Positions 1-9,557 of a DNA stretch of 64,000 nt are shown here, piece after piece; position 1 is the stretch's first letter; each line of letters begins with the position of its first letter. Made by a program: the position numbers and the translations under genes. The stretch is from Candidatus Poribacteria bacterium (GTDB taxonomy: Bacteria; Poribacteria; WGA-4E; JAJDTR01): NCBI GenBank assembly GCA_965222225.1, contig CBDCTK010000002.1, positions 864,001 through 928,000 on the forward strand. Reading direction: 5' to 3'. A model generated the notes under the pieces. That model was not told where the DNA came from and made no database searches. It saw only the letters and a list, made by a program, of their open reading frames with translations.

Positions 1-501
1 CTCTTCAACCGACGCCAGAACGGGACCTAGATTTGTTGCTATACCGCCGATGGCGTATATCTTTCCGTTAACCGTGGCGGTCGAGAACAATGCTCGAGCG
101 GTGGGTATATCAGCTCGCTGCATCCAAGTATCCGTTGCCGGATTGTACTCTTCAACCGTTGGAATCGCGGGTTCGGTATCGGTCCAACCCCCGATTACGT
201 ATAGTTTGCCATCAACGACGGCGATGGACATCCCGGCTCGCGCGGTTGGCATGTCTGCGCGTTCACTCCATTCGTCCGTCGACGGGTTGTAGGCATGTGT
301 GCTCGGAAGGACCTGCGCAAGCATTCCACCCATAACATAGACGAGCCCATCTGTCGCACTAGCAGAGAAAAACAACCGTGGACCCATCATATCCGCCTTT
401 TGATTCCACTGCTCCACCTGTGCGAAGCCCACCCTAGGAAGGACTGCAATCAGACTCACTGTAAATGCAACAATCAAAACGTAGCATCGGTTCATAGTCA
501 T
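1..501 (-). CDS. Secreted Kelch-repeat protein (5' part; runs off the window start)
   Basis: Not in the ORF track; read manually from ATG at 501 with GGAGA upstream. Signal-like N-terminus, then Kelch repeats: DGLVYVMGG..AYNPSTDEW, DGKLYVIGG..VEEYNPATDTW, NGKIYAIGG..VEE. Confidence 0.9.
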   Translation of the reverse strand, partial: MTMNRCYVLIVAFTVSLIAVLPRVGFAQVEQWNQKADMMGPRLFFSASATDGLVYVMGGMLAQVLPSTHAYNPSTDEWSERADMPTARAGMSIAVVDGKLYVIGGWTDTEPAIPTVEEYNPATDTWMQRADIPTARALFSTATVNGKIYAIGGIATNLGPVLASVEE

Positions 502-632
502 TTTCTCCGTAGCGATATGCGAATATCTCGTGTAGGGAATGGCGATCATTATTCCCTACACGACAAGAGTTTTTCAACACGAGACAATCGCAGAAATCAT
601 CATTTCTGCTTTTTGCGTAAGTCCTATATTCC

Positions 633-1916
633 TTAATTCTGCCCTGTCATGTCTAAACAGACCATCTCATTCTCATTTCGCGCATAGAGCCTGCCGTTGG
701 CAAGCGTTGGCACCGTCCAACACAGTCCACTCAAGACTTCTGCACTCGCAACCTCATTATACGCGGAAGGTGTCGCCTCTGCTAACCCCAACTTGCCGCG
801 GTCACTGAGAATAATCAGGTGCTCGTCTGCAAGCATGAGCGTGCCTTTACCGAACCCACGTGTTTTCCATTGTTCCATGCCGGTGTTTGCATCAATGCAT
901 TTCAAGATAGCGTTGTCAAAGCCATAAAGGTAATCGCCATGCAAAACCGACGTGGCAAAATGGTTCTTCATGTCCTGATTTTTCCAGATTTCTTCAACCT
1001 TCATCTCAACAGGTTCTCGGTGGCTCATGCCCCCTTCACCTTCTCCAGTGGTAGATCCTGCGGACATCATAACCCGAACCCTTACGACCGCAGCTCCCTT
1101 GCCATACCCGGAGGAAATGAAGATTTTGTCCGGTGCAATAAAAACGGGAGTGGCGGCGTTGACATCATACTCCGTCTGCCAAGGGTACGTCCAGTAAAGG
1201 TTTCCGTTTTCGGGTGAAACCGAAACCAACTGAGTACCCGTGAAGACAATGAGTTGCCGAATCCCATCAATTGTAACAGCAATAGGCGAGGAGTATCCAA
1301 GAATGTCCGTATGCGAACTCCAGACGACATCACCGCCTTTTTTATCAAAAGCGACGATAGATTTTCCATCCTTACCACCCACCTCAACCAGAAGCAAGTC
1401 ACCTTCAACCAACGGCGACGTGCAGCCACCCCATCTAGGTATTTTGCTTCCGAACTCTTCTTGCAAATCGTGCGACCATGCCTTCTCTCCATTTTCGGTA
1501 TTCAAAGCGTACAATTTACCTTGCGCGGTAACCGTGAAAAGGAGCTCTCCATCGATGGTCGGAGTTGCACGAGGCCCATTGCCGCCCTGCGACTCGTGGT
1601 AGTTGCTATCAGATCGAAACCGCCAAACCTCTTCCCCATTTGACGCATTGAGACAAACGACAAATTCATCGTCCGCTTCCGAGAACATCGTGTAAATACG
1701 CTCACCAACAACAGAAATTCCGGAAAATCCTTCTCCGAGTGAAACTTTCCAGAGGACTTGGGGGCCACTGTCTGCCCATTCTTTGAGAAGTCCCGTTTCC
1801 TCGGAGATTCCATTGCGATTGGGACCACGCCACTGTGACCAATCCGCAGCACCGACGATTGAGACGACGCCATAAAGCAACACGCATATGATTAAGAACC
1901 CTGTAATTTTCTTCAT
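633..1916 (-). CDS. Secreted PQQ-like (BamB-type) beta-propeller protein
   Basis: Signal peptide, ADWSQWRGPNRNG motif, repeated 'xLxxxxGxxxW' tryptophan-docking repeats. Confidence 0.9.
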   Translation of the reverse strand: MKKITGFLIICVLLYGVVSIVGAADWSQWRGPNRNGISEETGLLKEWADSGPQVLWKVSLGEGFSGISVVGERIYTMFSEADDEFVVCLNASNGEEVWRFRSDSNYHESQGGNGPRATPTIDGELLFTVTAQGKLYALNTENGEKAWSHDLQEEFGSKIPRWGGCTSPLVEGDLLLVEVGGKDGKSIVAFDKKGGDVVWSSHTDILGYSSPIAVTIDGIRQLIVFTGTQLVSVSPENGNLYWTYPWQTEYDVNAATPVFIAPDKIFISSGYGKGAAVVRVRVMMSAGSTTGEGEGGMSHREPVEMKVEEIWKNQDMKNHFATSVLHGDYLYGFDNAILKCIDANTGMEQWKTRGFGKGTLMLADEHLIILSDRGKLGLAEATPSAYNEVASAEVLSGLCWTVPTLANGRLYARNENEMVCLDMTGQN

Positions 1917-2046
1917 TAATAATCCTTCCCATTACAATCCATACTTCATTTTATTACAACAAAACCGCATCAGACCAAGATTTGACCCCAAGATGCAATT
2001 GCCCAATACGATTGCCAACTCCCGTGCACAATAATACGCGCCTATT

Positions 2047-4830
2047 TTAGCTTACACGGAGGTGAGTATTTTCAATAGGTTCGACGCCGTTAGGGATCTC
2101 GCCGGTTTCCTTTATATGGTCAATAATTCCGCGCTTATCGGCGTAGACATTTTCTGTTCGCTTCATCCATTTGGGATCTAGTTCGTCCATGTCTACTTCA
2201 ACAGTAAGTGGAGAACGGGCGACACGCACACGATGAATAGAGTTGCCGGCTTTCTTAAGCCCGATAGATTCAAGAAAGCCTTTGAGGTATTGTGCAACGC
2301 CTTTTCGGTTATTCTCTAACTGCTCTCGCATTAGCTGAAGTTCGCGAATCTCTTCTTGAAGAATTTTGATGTGACCGTCCAGAATCTTCTGTTGAGTACG
2401 AATGTTTTTTATGTAAGCAGCACAGTTGTGAATCTTCTCATCGAATGCGAGGTCAAGCGTCTCGAATTGTGAACTATCAAAATCCTCACCTTCAAGTACA
2501 AAGAGACTTTCTTCTATCTCGGCGGGAACGTCGTATAACTTGAATGTATCTGTCATTGTGCGTAGCACGGGAGGATGTGTGCCGTGCCCGTGGTCCATTT
2601 CCAACTTGTAGCGATTCTCTCTCCTCTGGTTTACCAAAATACATGGCAATCCCATAAACTGCATTCCGCCTTTTATCACGGCCTGCCCCTTCTCTGTCGT
2701 TCGGAGACTACCGTGTAGTGAATCTCGGGATAATAGTCCATTTTGAACGAGTTGAAATGCTAAATGTTTCCATTCCTCTTTACTATGCTCTGAACCGATA
2801 CCATAGATTGGGAGTCTATCATGCCTGCTCTTGATAACTTTCTGCGATTTTGAACCACGTAGGACATTAATAATGTGACTCTCGCCGAAAAATTCCCCTG
2901 TCTGAACAGCACATGAGAGAAATTGTTGAGCCCGTGTGGTCAAGTCAACTTTTTCCTTTTGTTCATTCAGGCAATTGTCACACATCCCACAACTTTCACT
3001 CTCGTATTGCTCGCCAAAGTAGGCTAACAGTTCCTTACGTCTGCATTCTGTCGAAGTCGCCCAATCAACAATCATGTTTAATCGCTCCAACCGTCCCTCG
3101 CGCTCGGAGGACGCACCTTGATCGATGAAATGCCTGATGGTGTCCATATCCGCCCAGCTGAACAGTAGGAGACACTCCGCACGATTCCCGTCCCGTCCAG
3201 CGCGACCAATTTCCTGATAGTAAGATTCCGGTTCTTTCGGTAAGCCTACGTGTAGCACGAAGCGCACATCCTCTTTATCTATCCCCATCCCGAAGGCAAC
3301 CGTCTCCACTATCACCCGGATTTCGCCGGAAATAAAAGCGTTCTGATTCTGACTACGAATATCGCTATCCAACCCCGCGTGATACGGGAGTGCCAGAATG
3401 CCCCGTTGCGTTAATTCTTCAGCCAACGATTCAACTTGTTCTCGTGTTTGACAGTAAATTATACCGGATTCCTCCCGATGTTTGTTGAGAAACACGAGAG
3501 ACTGTTCACGCGACTCAACTTTCGGTTCAACCGCGAGGAAAAGATTCTCCCTGTCAAGATTAGCAATAAATTGATGTTCCTCTCGAATCCTGAGCAAGTG
3601 CCTGATGTCTTCTTGAACGCGCGGCGTGGCAGTGGCTGTGAGCGCGAGGCAGACAGCCTGCGGATACCGTTCTCGTACAGAGACTAACTCTCGATATTCT
3701 GGACGAAAATCGTATCCCCACTCTGAAATACAGTGCGCTTCATCAATAGCAAGACATGAGATATTTGATTCGTCTAGCATCAACAGTATTTCGGGGCGCA
3801 TGAGCGTTTCAGGAGCCATATAGAGCAACTTGATTTCACCCCGTTTTACACGCTGCATCGTGTCAAGGTATTCTGGATGACCGAGGGTGCTGTTGAGAAA
3901 AACACCGCTGACATCACGCTGTTGTAACTGCATGACTTGGTCCTGCATTAATGAAATTAGCGGAGAAATGACAACGGTTACACCATCGAAGATGAGCGCA
4001 GGCACTTGGTAACAGAGCGACTTCCCTCCCCCCGTCGGTAGAACAATGAGTAGATCATGCTGCTTGAGGATGTGGTCGATGATTCCCTCTTGTAACGGCC
4101 GGAATTGTACATGCCCGAACACATTTTGGAGAATCTCTAGGGGCGTCCGAAGCAGCATTTGAGCTGAAGAAGATTCCACGTCAATGGGGCATTCAAGTTC
4201 TTCCTGTTTTGCCTCTTCGAGAAACCATCCGGAAAGCTGTGCGTAGCAACGCAATTCTGCGTCTGGTGTGTTTTCCGGTCGCCACCAATGTGCTAGTGAG
4301 ACGCGGAGGAGCGTGCCTGCGGGAATAACTTCAAGTGGTTCTTGAAAACCGACAAAGGTGAGCGTGCACCCACCATTTTCAGTGGGATAACGATACCGCA
4401 CCCTCCTTCCTTCTGTATCGCGGGTGAGCGGCCAGTCCGGTCGCCAAAACGTTGTGCTGTAGGGTGGAATACCGCTCCGCTCAGCGACGTAAAGCGGGCC
4501 TCTCTCGGTGTTTTGAAACAACCCTTCATAAAGTGTGTTTGGCCCCCCGCTTCTCGAAGGCATTAAGAGTTCAATGGCACTTACTAGCTCTCTCACGGTG
4601 AGGAAGTGCTCCCTCTCATAAACAACAATATTTTCGTTATGCGGTGCAATCAGCGAAGTTTCAGGCTCAGACGAAATTACCCAAATATCACCAACGTTAT
4701 ATTCACGATTCGCTCCGTCATGTGGGTCGGCGTCGAACGGAACGAGGCGGACGCTTTCTCCCTGCTCCGTAATCGCGCCAATGCAAGCGCCGCCACCCAT
4801 TCGGGTTTTCGCAACAATCAGAACTTTCAT
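2047..4830 (-). CDS. recQ: Fusion: N-terminal dual-OB-type domain + RecQ helicase (no HRDC) + C-terminal siphovirus Gp157-like domain
   Basis: PTGGGKS, DEAH, QEIGRAGRDG, zinc motif CRR...CGMCDNC and RQC winged helix. The first ~205 aa (VAKTRM..CIGAI..VRLVP..PHNEN) resemble the DUF488-associated dual-OB family. The last 169 aa (2047-2556) are a coiled coil ending DKRGIIDHIKETGEIPNGVE..HLRVS, typical of Gp157. Confidence 0.85.
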   Translation of the reverse strand: MKVLIVAKTRMGGGACIGAITEQGESVRLVPFDADPHDGANREYNVGDIWVISSEPETSLIAPHNENIVVYEREHFLTVRELVSAIELLMPSRSGGPNTLYEGLFQNTERGPLYVAERSGIPPYSTTFWRPDWPLTRDTEGRRVRYRYPTENGGCTLTFVGFQEPLEVIPAGTLLRVSLAHWWRPENTPDAELRCYAQLSGWFLEEAKQEELECPIDVESSSAQMLLRTPLEILQNVFGHVQFRPLQEGIIDHILKQHDLLIVLPTGGGKSLCYQVPALIFDGVTVVISPLISLMQDQVMQLQQRDVSGVFLNSTLGHPEYLDTMQRVKRGEIKLLYMAPETLMRPEILLMLDESNISCLAIDEAHCISEWGYDFRPEYRELVSVRERYPQAVCLALTATATPRVQEDIRHLLRIREEHQFIANLDRENLFLAVEPKVESREQSLVFLNKHREESGIIYCQTREQVESLAEELTQRGILALPYHAGLDSDIRSQNQNAFISGEIRVIVETVAFGMGIDKEDVRFVLHVGLPKEPESYYQEIGRAGRDGNRAECLLLFSWADMDTIRHFIDQGASSEREGRLERLNMIVDWATSTECRRKELLAYFGEQYESESCGMCDNCLNEQKEKVDLTTRAQQFLSCAVQTGEFFGESHIINVLRGSKSQKVIKSRHDRLPIYGIGSEHSKEEWKHLAFQLVQNGLLSRDSLHGSLRTTEKGQAVIKGGMQFMGLPCILVNQRRENRYKLEMDHGHGTHPPVLRTMTDTFKLYDVPAEIEESLFVLEGEDFDSSQFETLDLAFDEKIHNCAAYIKNIRTQQKILDGHIKILQEEIRELQLMREQLENNRKGVAQYLKGFLESIGLKKAGNSIHRVRVARSPLTVEVDMDELDPKWMKRTENVYADKRGIIDHIKETGEIPNGVEPIENTHLRVS

Positions 4831-5315
4831 GGCACAATATGCTCCAATTCCAACTTGAATACTGTTGCTAGTCTGTCTGCTACCAATGAGCGGTGACAGG
4901 CTTCGGGATTCCTCTCAACACAAAAGAGCGCCACAACCTGTGCGTTCGCCTCAAGATTTTTCAGTAGGCTGTGGGGGTCAAACTCTGCAAGACATTCGGT
5001 GTGATAAGCCGCGATAAACGCCTTGCCCAATGCCGTACGCTTACGTTTGACAATTTTCGTCGCTTTGTCTGCTTTTACCTGCTTATCACGGACCGTTTTT
5101 GTTGGCGCGAGATCTTTGCGGTGAATATAGCGAATACCCAACTCTGCCAGCCGATTCTGCAGGCGTTGACTATTGGCAAACGCATAAGTTGACCCGCGCA
5201 ACCCCCGTCGGGAACGAATATCACAGAATGTATCAACGTTCGCATCACGTAACGCCCCGAAGAAACTAGCTTCATCAAACCCGTATACCCCGATGGTGAC
5301 AACTTTGGGTTTCAT
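4827..5315 (-). CDS. DUF488 family protein
   Basis: TIGVYG, DIRSRR, LFCVERNPEACHRSL motifs; 4-nt ATGA overlap with the RecQ fusion. Confidence 0.85.
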   Translation of the reverse strand: MKPKVVTIGVYGFDEASFFGALRDANVDTFCDIRSRRGLRGSTYAFANSQRLQNRLAELGIRYIHRKDLAPTKTVRDKQVKADKATKIVKRKRTALGKAFIAAYHTECLAEFDPHSLLKNLEANAQVVALFCVERNPEACHRSLVADRLATVFKLELEHIVP

Positions 5316-5321
5316 GGCTAA

Positions 5322-5879
5322 TCACTGGTACCGCTTACGCGACTGGAACGCATCTCCACCAAACAACTGCATCTGTCCCCCCGTGAGGCGATTGATGATA
5401 TGCATCTGAGACCGTAGCTCATTGTTTTCATCAATATGAGTTATCTGTATGTTCCGCCTTTGCAGTGTCTCTCCGATGAGTTTGCTCCGATGACAGTTCT
5501 CCGGTTTTCCCTCACTGCACATGAGGACAACGCGTTGCTTTTGCGCGACAGCCGTTTGAAGGCGTTTAATTCCGAACTGATAGCGTCCGGTCTTCTTCAC
5601 CCTTTCGTAGTCTACCTTCCCGTTCACATCATAGCACTCTTCATCGTCGGGCTGGCCGCCCAGAGTGTCACCCATGAAAACATACCGAACTCCTTGTCGT
5701 TGCAACTCCGCCTCCAGCGGCTCTCTGGAAAATTCAGGTTTATAGCGCGAATAGGGAGCAGACCGCACGTCAATCAGATACGCAATCTCATGCTCTTGTA
5801 GCACTTCAATGAATTCATCGACCGAACGGCTACCGTAGCCGATGGTATAAATGGTGACCGTTTCTTGGGATTTTTCCAT
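5322..5879 (-). CDS. DUF488 family protein
   Basis: IYTIGYG, LIDVRSAPYSRYKPEF, LMCSEGKPENCHRS motifs. Confidence 0.9.
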   Translation of the reverse strand: MEKSQETVTIYTIGYGSRSVDEFIEVLQEHEIAYLIDVRSAPYSRYKPEFSREPLEAELQRQGVRYVFMGDTLGGQPDDEECYDVNGKVDYERVKKTGRYQFGIKRLQTAVAQKQRVVLMCSEGKPENCHRSKLIGETLQRRNIQITHIDENNELRSQMHIINRLTGGQMQLFGGDAFQSRKRYQ

Positions 5880-5949
5880 GTCCGGGAGATATTATCACAC
5901 AGTGCAGAACGAAAACCAACGGATAAACACCGCGATTCCCACTCGAGGT

Positions 5950-7296
5950 TTACGTATATCGCGCATTTTGATATTTAGGTGCGTAAAACTCCGGCAACAA
6001 CCCATCCACCTGAAGTAAGCCTTTCCGTGTCAATTCCACTGCATCTTGGTGAAAGGTCAACATACCCTCGTCTTGCAGCTTTTTATATGTCATTCCAAAT
6101 TCTTCCAAAATGTCGGCATTAAACTTCTCGCGGAAATAGGCTGTGTCTATCTTCCCCATTTTCAATTGCAGTATCATTTCCCGTGTTAGTCGCTCTGATG
6201 GGGTGGTCAAAAACGCGCGACTCAACGGCAGCCGGTCTGCTTCGATCGAACCGATGTAATCCTGCCAACTTGTCGCATTCTGATAATGTGCGCCATTGAT
6301 ATGCGAAAAGGAAGCAACGCCTGTACCCATCATGTCGCTCCCCTGCCAGACCGCATTGCGGTAGACAAACTTGCACGGTTTGTCTTTCTTAACCATTGTG
6401 TATGCGCTAGAGTTCCCGTATCCAGCCAGTTCAAACTGCTCAAATGCATAATTATGCCATTCGCGTTTGGTTTTCCAATTTGCCACAGGCAAGGCTTCGC
6501 CACCAAGAATATTCTGTGAATAGGTGGCGTTAAACGGCAATTCCATCTGATACACGGTAATACTGTCGGGATTCAAATCGATAGTCTGTCTGACTGTTTC
6601 GCGCCAACTCTCCCACGTCTCGCCAACCATGCCTGCAATCAAGTCTATGTTGACCTGATCGAAATCGAGCGCTTCAATCCACGGCATCACACGAAAGACT
6701 TCCTTAGAAAGATGCGCTCTCCCGTTTTCCGCCAAGATTTCGTCGTTGAGATTTTCGACACCGAGGCTAAGTCGGGTTACACCAATTTCCCTGATAGCTT
6801 CTAACTTCGTTTGCGTCAGAGTACCGGGTTCACACTCAAATGCGATTTCGTCCGCACCGTCCCACGAAATCGCTTTTTTCAACCGATCGACAAGCGCTTT
6901 CAAATGTTTGGCGCTTATGTAGGATGGCGTCCCCCCGCCAAAGTAGACGAACGACAGGTGCCTTCCCCTAACAATCGGCATTCTACTGTATAATTCGACC
7001 TCTTTAGCCAATGCATCAAGATAGGTCTCGATTTCAGAACTATTTTTGTCAGTATAAACCCGAAAATAACAGAATTTACACCGTTTTCGGCAAAACGGAA
7101 TGTGTAGATAGAGACCCAACATTGCCCCTGGCAATGCAGGCGCATTCAACACCGTCCTCGCATCGGGGACAGCTTCTTTGCTCCAGAAAGAATACGGTGG
7201 ATAGTTCGAGACAAAGACGCTTCCGACTTCCGTGTTTTCCGATTCTAGCCGTGTAGTCGCGGGTTCTGACTTCACTCTTTTGCCTTGATTACTCAT
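5950..7296 (-). CDS. HemN-like (coproporphyrinogen III oxidase family) radical SAM protein
   Basis: LYLHIPFCRKRCKFCYF (CxxxCxxC), YFGGGTPS, RLSLGVE and a HemN C-terminal domain. Start moved to ATG 7296 (AGGGAGA SD), overlapping the upstream stop. Confidence 0.9.
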   Translation of the reverse strand: MSNQGKRVKSEPATTRLESENTEVGSVFVSNYPPYSFWSKEAVPDARTVLNAPALPGAMLGLYLHIPFCRKRCKFCYFRVYTDKNSSEIETYLDALAKEVELYSRMPIVRGRHLSFVYFGGGTPSYISAKHLKALVDRLKKAISWDGADEIAFECEPGTLTQTKLEAIREIGVTRLSLGVENLNDEILAENGRAHLSKEVFRVMPWIEALDFDQVNIDLIAGMVGETWESWRETVRQTIDLNPDSITVYQMELPFNATYSQNILGGEALPVANWKTKREWHNYAFEQFELAGYGNSSAYTMVKKDKPCKFVYRNAVWQGSDMMGTGVASFSHINGAHYQNATSWQDYIGSIEADRLPLSRAFLTTPSERLTREMILQLKMGKIDTAYFREKFNADILEEFGMTYKKLQDEGMLTFHQDAVELTRKGLLQVDGLLPEFYAPKYQNARYT

Positions 7297-8440
7297 CGTC
7301 TCCCTTTCTGCCGAAACAGTATAAAATCCCGTCGTCCGATCCAATCACCAACTTACCACCGCCAACGCTCGCTGAGGCCATGATCGAAGCCCCGGTAACA
7401 AATTCCCAAACTTGTTCGCCCGAATGAATATTCAACCCGTATATGACTCCGCCCGTGGTTCCAAAAAACACCCGTTCGCCAGCGATGACTGGCGACGAAT
7501 CCACTCGCGACTTCACAGGGGAACTCCACAGCAGATCGCCGGTTTCCGGCTTGAGAGCGTGAATCATCTTATCCCTGCCACCGACAATGAGGACATCGTT
7601 GGTAACAGCAGCAGAAGCATAGAACGGGAACTGTATCTTCGGATTCTCGTAGCGCCAAAGTATTGTCGCGCTTTGCAAGTCAATTCCTAACACTCGATTA
7701 CCGAACGTTCCTGCATAAACGCGATGATTCAGCGTTGCCGGGCTGGCGGCGATGTAATCCCCCAGCTCTATACGCTTTTCCTCCTGACCGTTTTCCAAAC
7801 TGATGAGGCGAAGGTAACTATCACACCCGGTGACAACCGCGGCTCCGTTAGAAACCGCTGGAGAGCCATGCACATAACCTTCGGTTTGAAATTTCCAAAT
7901 CAGAGAACCGTCAGCAATGGACAAACAGTAAAGATACTGATCGTAGGAACCGAAGATAACGCGACCCTTGGCAAAGGTTGCCGATGAAATAATACCCGCC
8001 CCAGTACGGAAAATCCACAGTTTCGCGCCGTTCTTTGCATCGACCGCGTGAAAATCACCCGTTTCATCGCCGAAGTAGACCACTTCTCCATATACAGACG
8101 GAGACGATTTAATTTCGTTCGAGGCTTTGTACTTCCACTTGGGTTCCCCGGTAAGGAGGTTGACCGCATACAGATGCCCGTCCCACGAGCCTACATACAC
8201 GGTCTTTCCCGCGATGGCTGCCGTCGATTCAATCCCTTCCCCGGATTGATAGGTCCATAGAAGTTCAAGATCGTCGGGTAATTTGCTGGTAGCAACCCCC
8301 GTTAGCGCCGAATTGCCTCGGAAGCTAGGCCAATCTTCCGATGAAACCGCACCTCGTCCAACCGAGTGAAGCAGAATACAACCTAGAAAAACGTAAATCG
8401 TAATGCATGATACCCGAGAGAGTTTAGTAGGCTGACTCAT
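7289..8440 (-). CDS. PQQ-like (BamB-type) beta-propeller protein
   Basis: DWPSFRG motif and regular SSP...G..DG.LYA..G...W repeats; likely start ATG 8440, overlapping the ADH stop. Confidence 0.9.
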   Translation of the reverse strand: MSQPTKLSRVSCITIYVFLGCILLHSVGRGAVSSEDWPSFRGNSALTGVATSKLPDDLELLWTYQSGEGIESTAAIAGKTVYVGSWDGHLYAVNLLTGEPKWKYKASNEIKSSPSVYGEVVYFGDETGDFHAVDAKNGAKLWIFRTGAGIISSATFAKGRVIFGSYDQYLYCLSIADGSLIWKFQTEGYVHGSPAVSNGAAVVTGCDSYLRLISLENGQEEKRIELGDYIAASPATLNHRVYAGTFGNRVLGIDLQSATILWRYENPKIQFPFYASAAVTNDVLIVGGRDKMIHALKPETGDLLWSSPVKSRVDSSPVIAGERVFFGTTGGVIYGLNIHSGEQVWEFVTGASIMASASVGGGKLVIGSDDGILYCFGRKGDDE

Positions 8441-9533
8441 AGAGCTGAAGTAACTCGGTTTCACTAACAGACCGCGGGTTGAATTTTCCTGTCCATTGGT
8501 TCGCAGCCTTTTCTGCCAATTCAGGCAAATCGCCCTTATTAATCTCAAAATCACGTAGCATACTAGGCAAATGTGCTGTGGTTTTCAATTCACATATACG
8601 TTCATAAAGTGATGAGGGATGCAGCTCCTGATAACACTCGTCCACTATCTGGGAATTGAACTTGATGACGTGCGGAAGCATTAGTCCAACCGCAATCCCA
8701 TGAGTAATGCCGTATTTTGCGGTCAATGGATTGGCGCAGGCGTGCGCGGCACCTAGCATCGAATACTCTATGGCAATGCCCGCAAAATGCGATCCTAGCA
8801 GCATTTGACTCTGTGCCTCAAGGTCGGTTGGATCGGTAATCGCGCCCTCAAAGCCGTTTTCAAGTAAACGCCATGCCTCTCTCGAAAATAGTTGTGAAAC
8901 CGGATTCCGGCGCGTTGTAACATAGCTTTCCACGGCGTGAGAGATAGCATCAATTCCCGAACTCGCCCTTACTTCTTGGGGGGCACTAACGGTCAACACG
9001 GGATCAAGAATGACCGTTCGAAACCGAGCCTTCTTATCGCCACACGCCATCTTAACATGACTTTTTTCCTGGGCAATTAACGCAAAAGATTGAGCTTCGC
9101 TGCCTGTCCCGGCAGTCGTTGGGATTCCAATTGACGGCAGCATGGGTTTGGTTGCCTTGTCTTTCCCCCAATAGTCCTCCATTTTCCCGCCATTTGTAAG
9201 GATAAAGTTTATCCCTTTAGCGCAATCCATTGTGCTTCCGCCGCCCAGTCCAACGATGAGGTCAGGTTGTCCTACAATTTTGGCAAACCGCACGCCATTA
9301 GCAACATGCTTCGTTGTCGGATTCTCTTCAACATCCTCAAACACGGCACCGCTGATAGATTCTTCTATGAGAAAATCGATCGCTTTTTCGACGATGCCCG
9401 CTTCGGCAATGCCAGGGTCGGTGACCACTAGTACGTCATGCGCTCCCAGTGCCTTTGCCAATATCCCTAGCTTACTTAACGCGTTTTCTCCAAAGACCAC
9501 GCGGGTCGTAGGTTGGAAGTCAAAGCAGTGCAT
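8424..9533 (-). CDS. Iron-containing alcohol dehydrogenase
   Basis: GLGGGSTMDCAK, IPTTAGTGSE, DAISHAVE, AAHA, HGIA metal-binding motifs. Confidence 0.95.
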   Translation of the reverse strand: MHCFDFQPTTRVVFGENALSKLGILAKALGAHDVLVVTDPGIAEAGIVEKAIDFLIEESISGAVFEDVEENPTTKHVANGVRFAKIVGQPDLIVGLGGGSTMDCAKGINFILTNGGKMEDYWGKDKATKPMLPSIGIPTTAGTGSEAQSFALIAQEKSHVKMACGDKKARFRTVILDPVLTVSAPQEVRASSGIDAISHAVESYVTTRRNPVSQLFSREAWRLLENGFEGAITDPTDLEAQSQMLLGSHFAGIAIEYSMLGAAHACANPLTAKYGITHGIAVGLMLPHVIKFNSQIVDECYQELHPSSLYERICELKTTAHLPSMLRDFEINKGDLPELAEKAANQWTGKFNPRSVSETELLQLYESAY

Positions 9534-9557
9534 TTCTATACCCGGTATTTGCTTGGT

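Noticed and set aside
50-636. Plus-strand ORFs of 80-113 aa
   Set aside because: Antisense shadows of the Kelch gene.
5950-7296. Calling the radical SAM gene hemN or hemW
   Set aside because: Family motifs alone do not fix the function, and the operon context is not heme biosynthesis.
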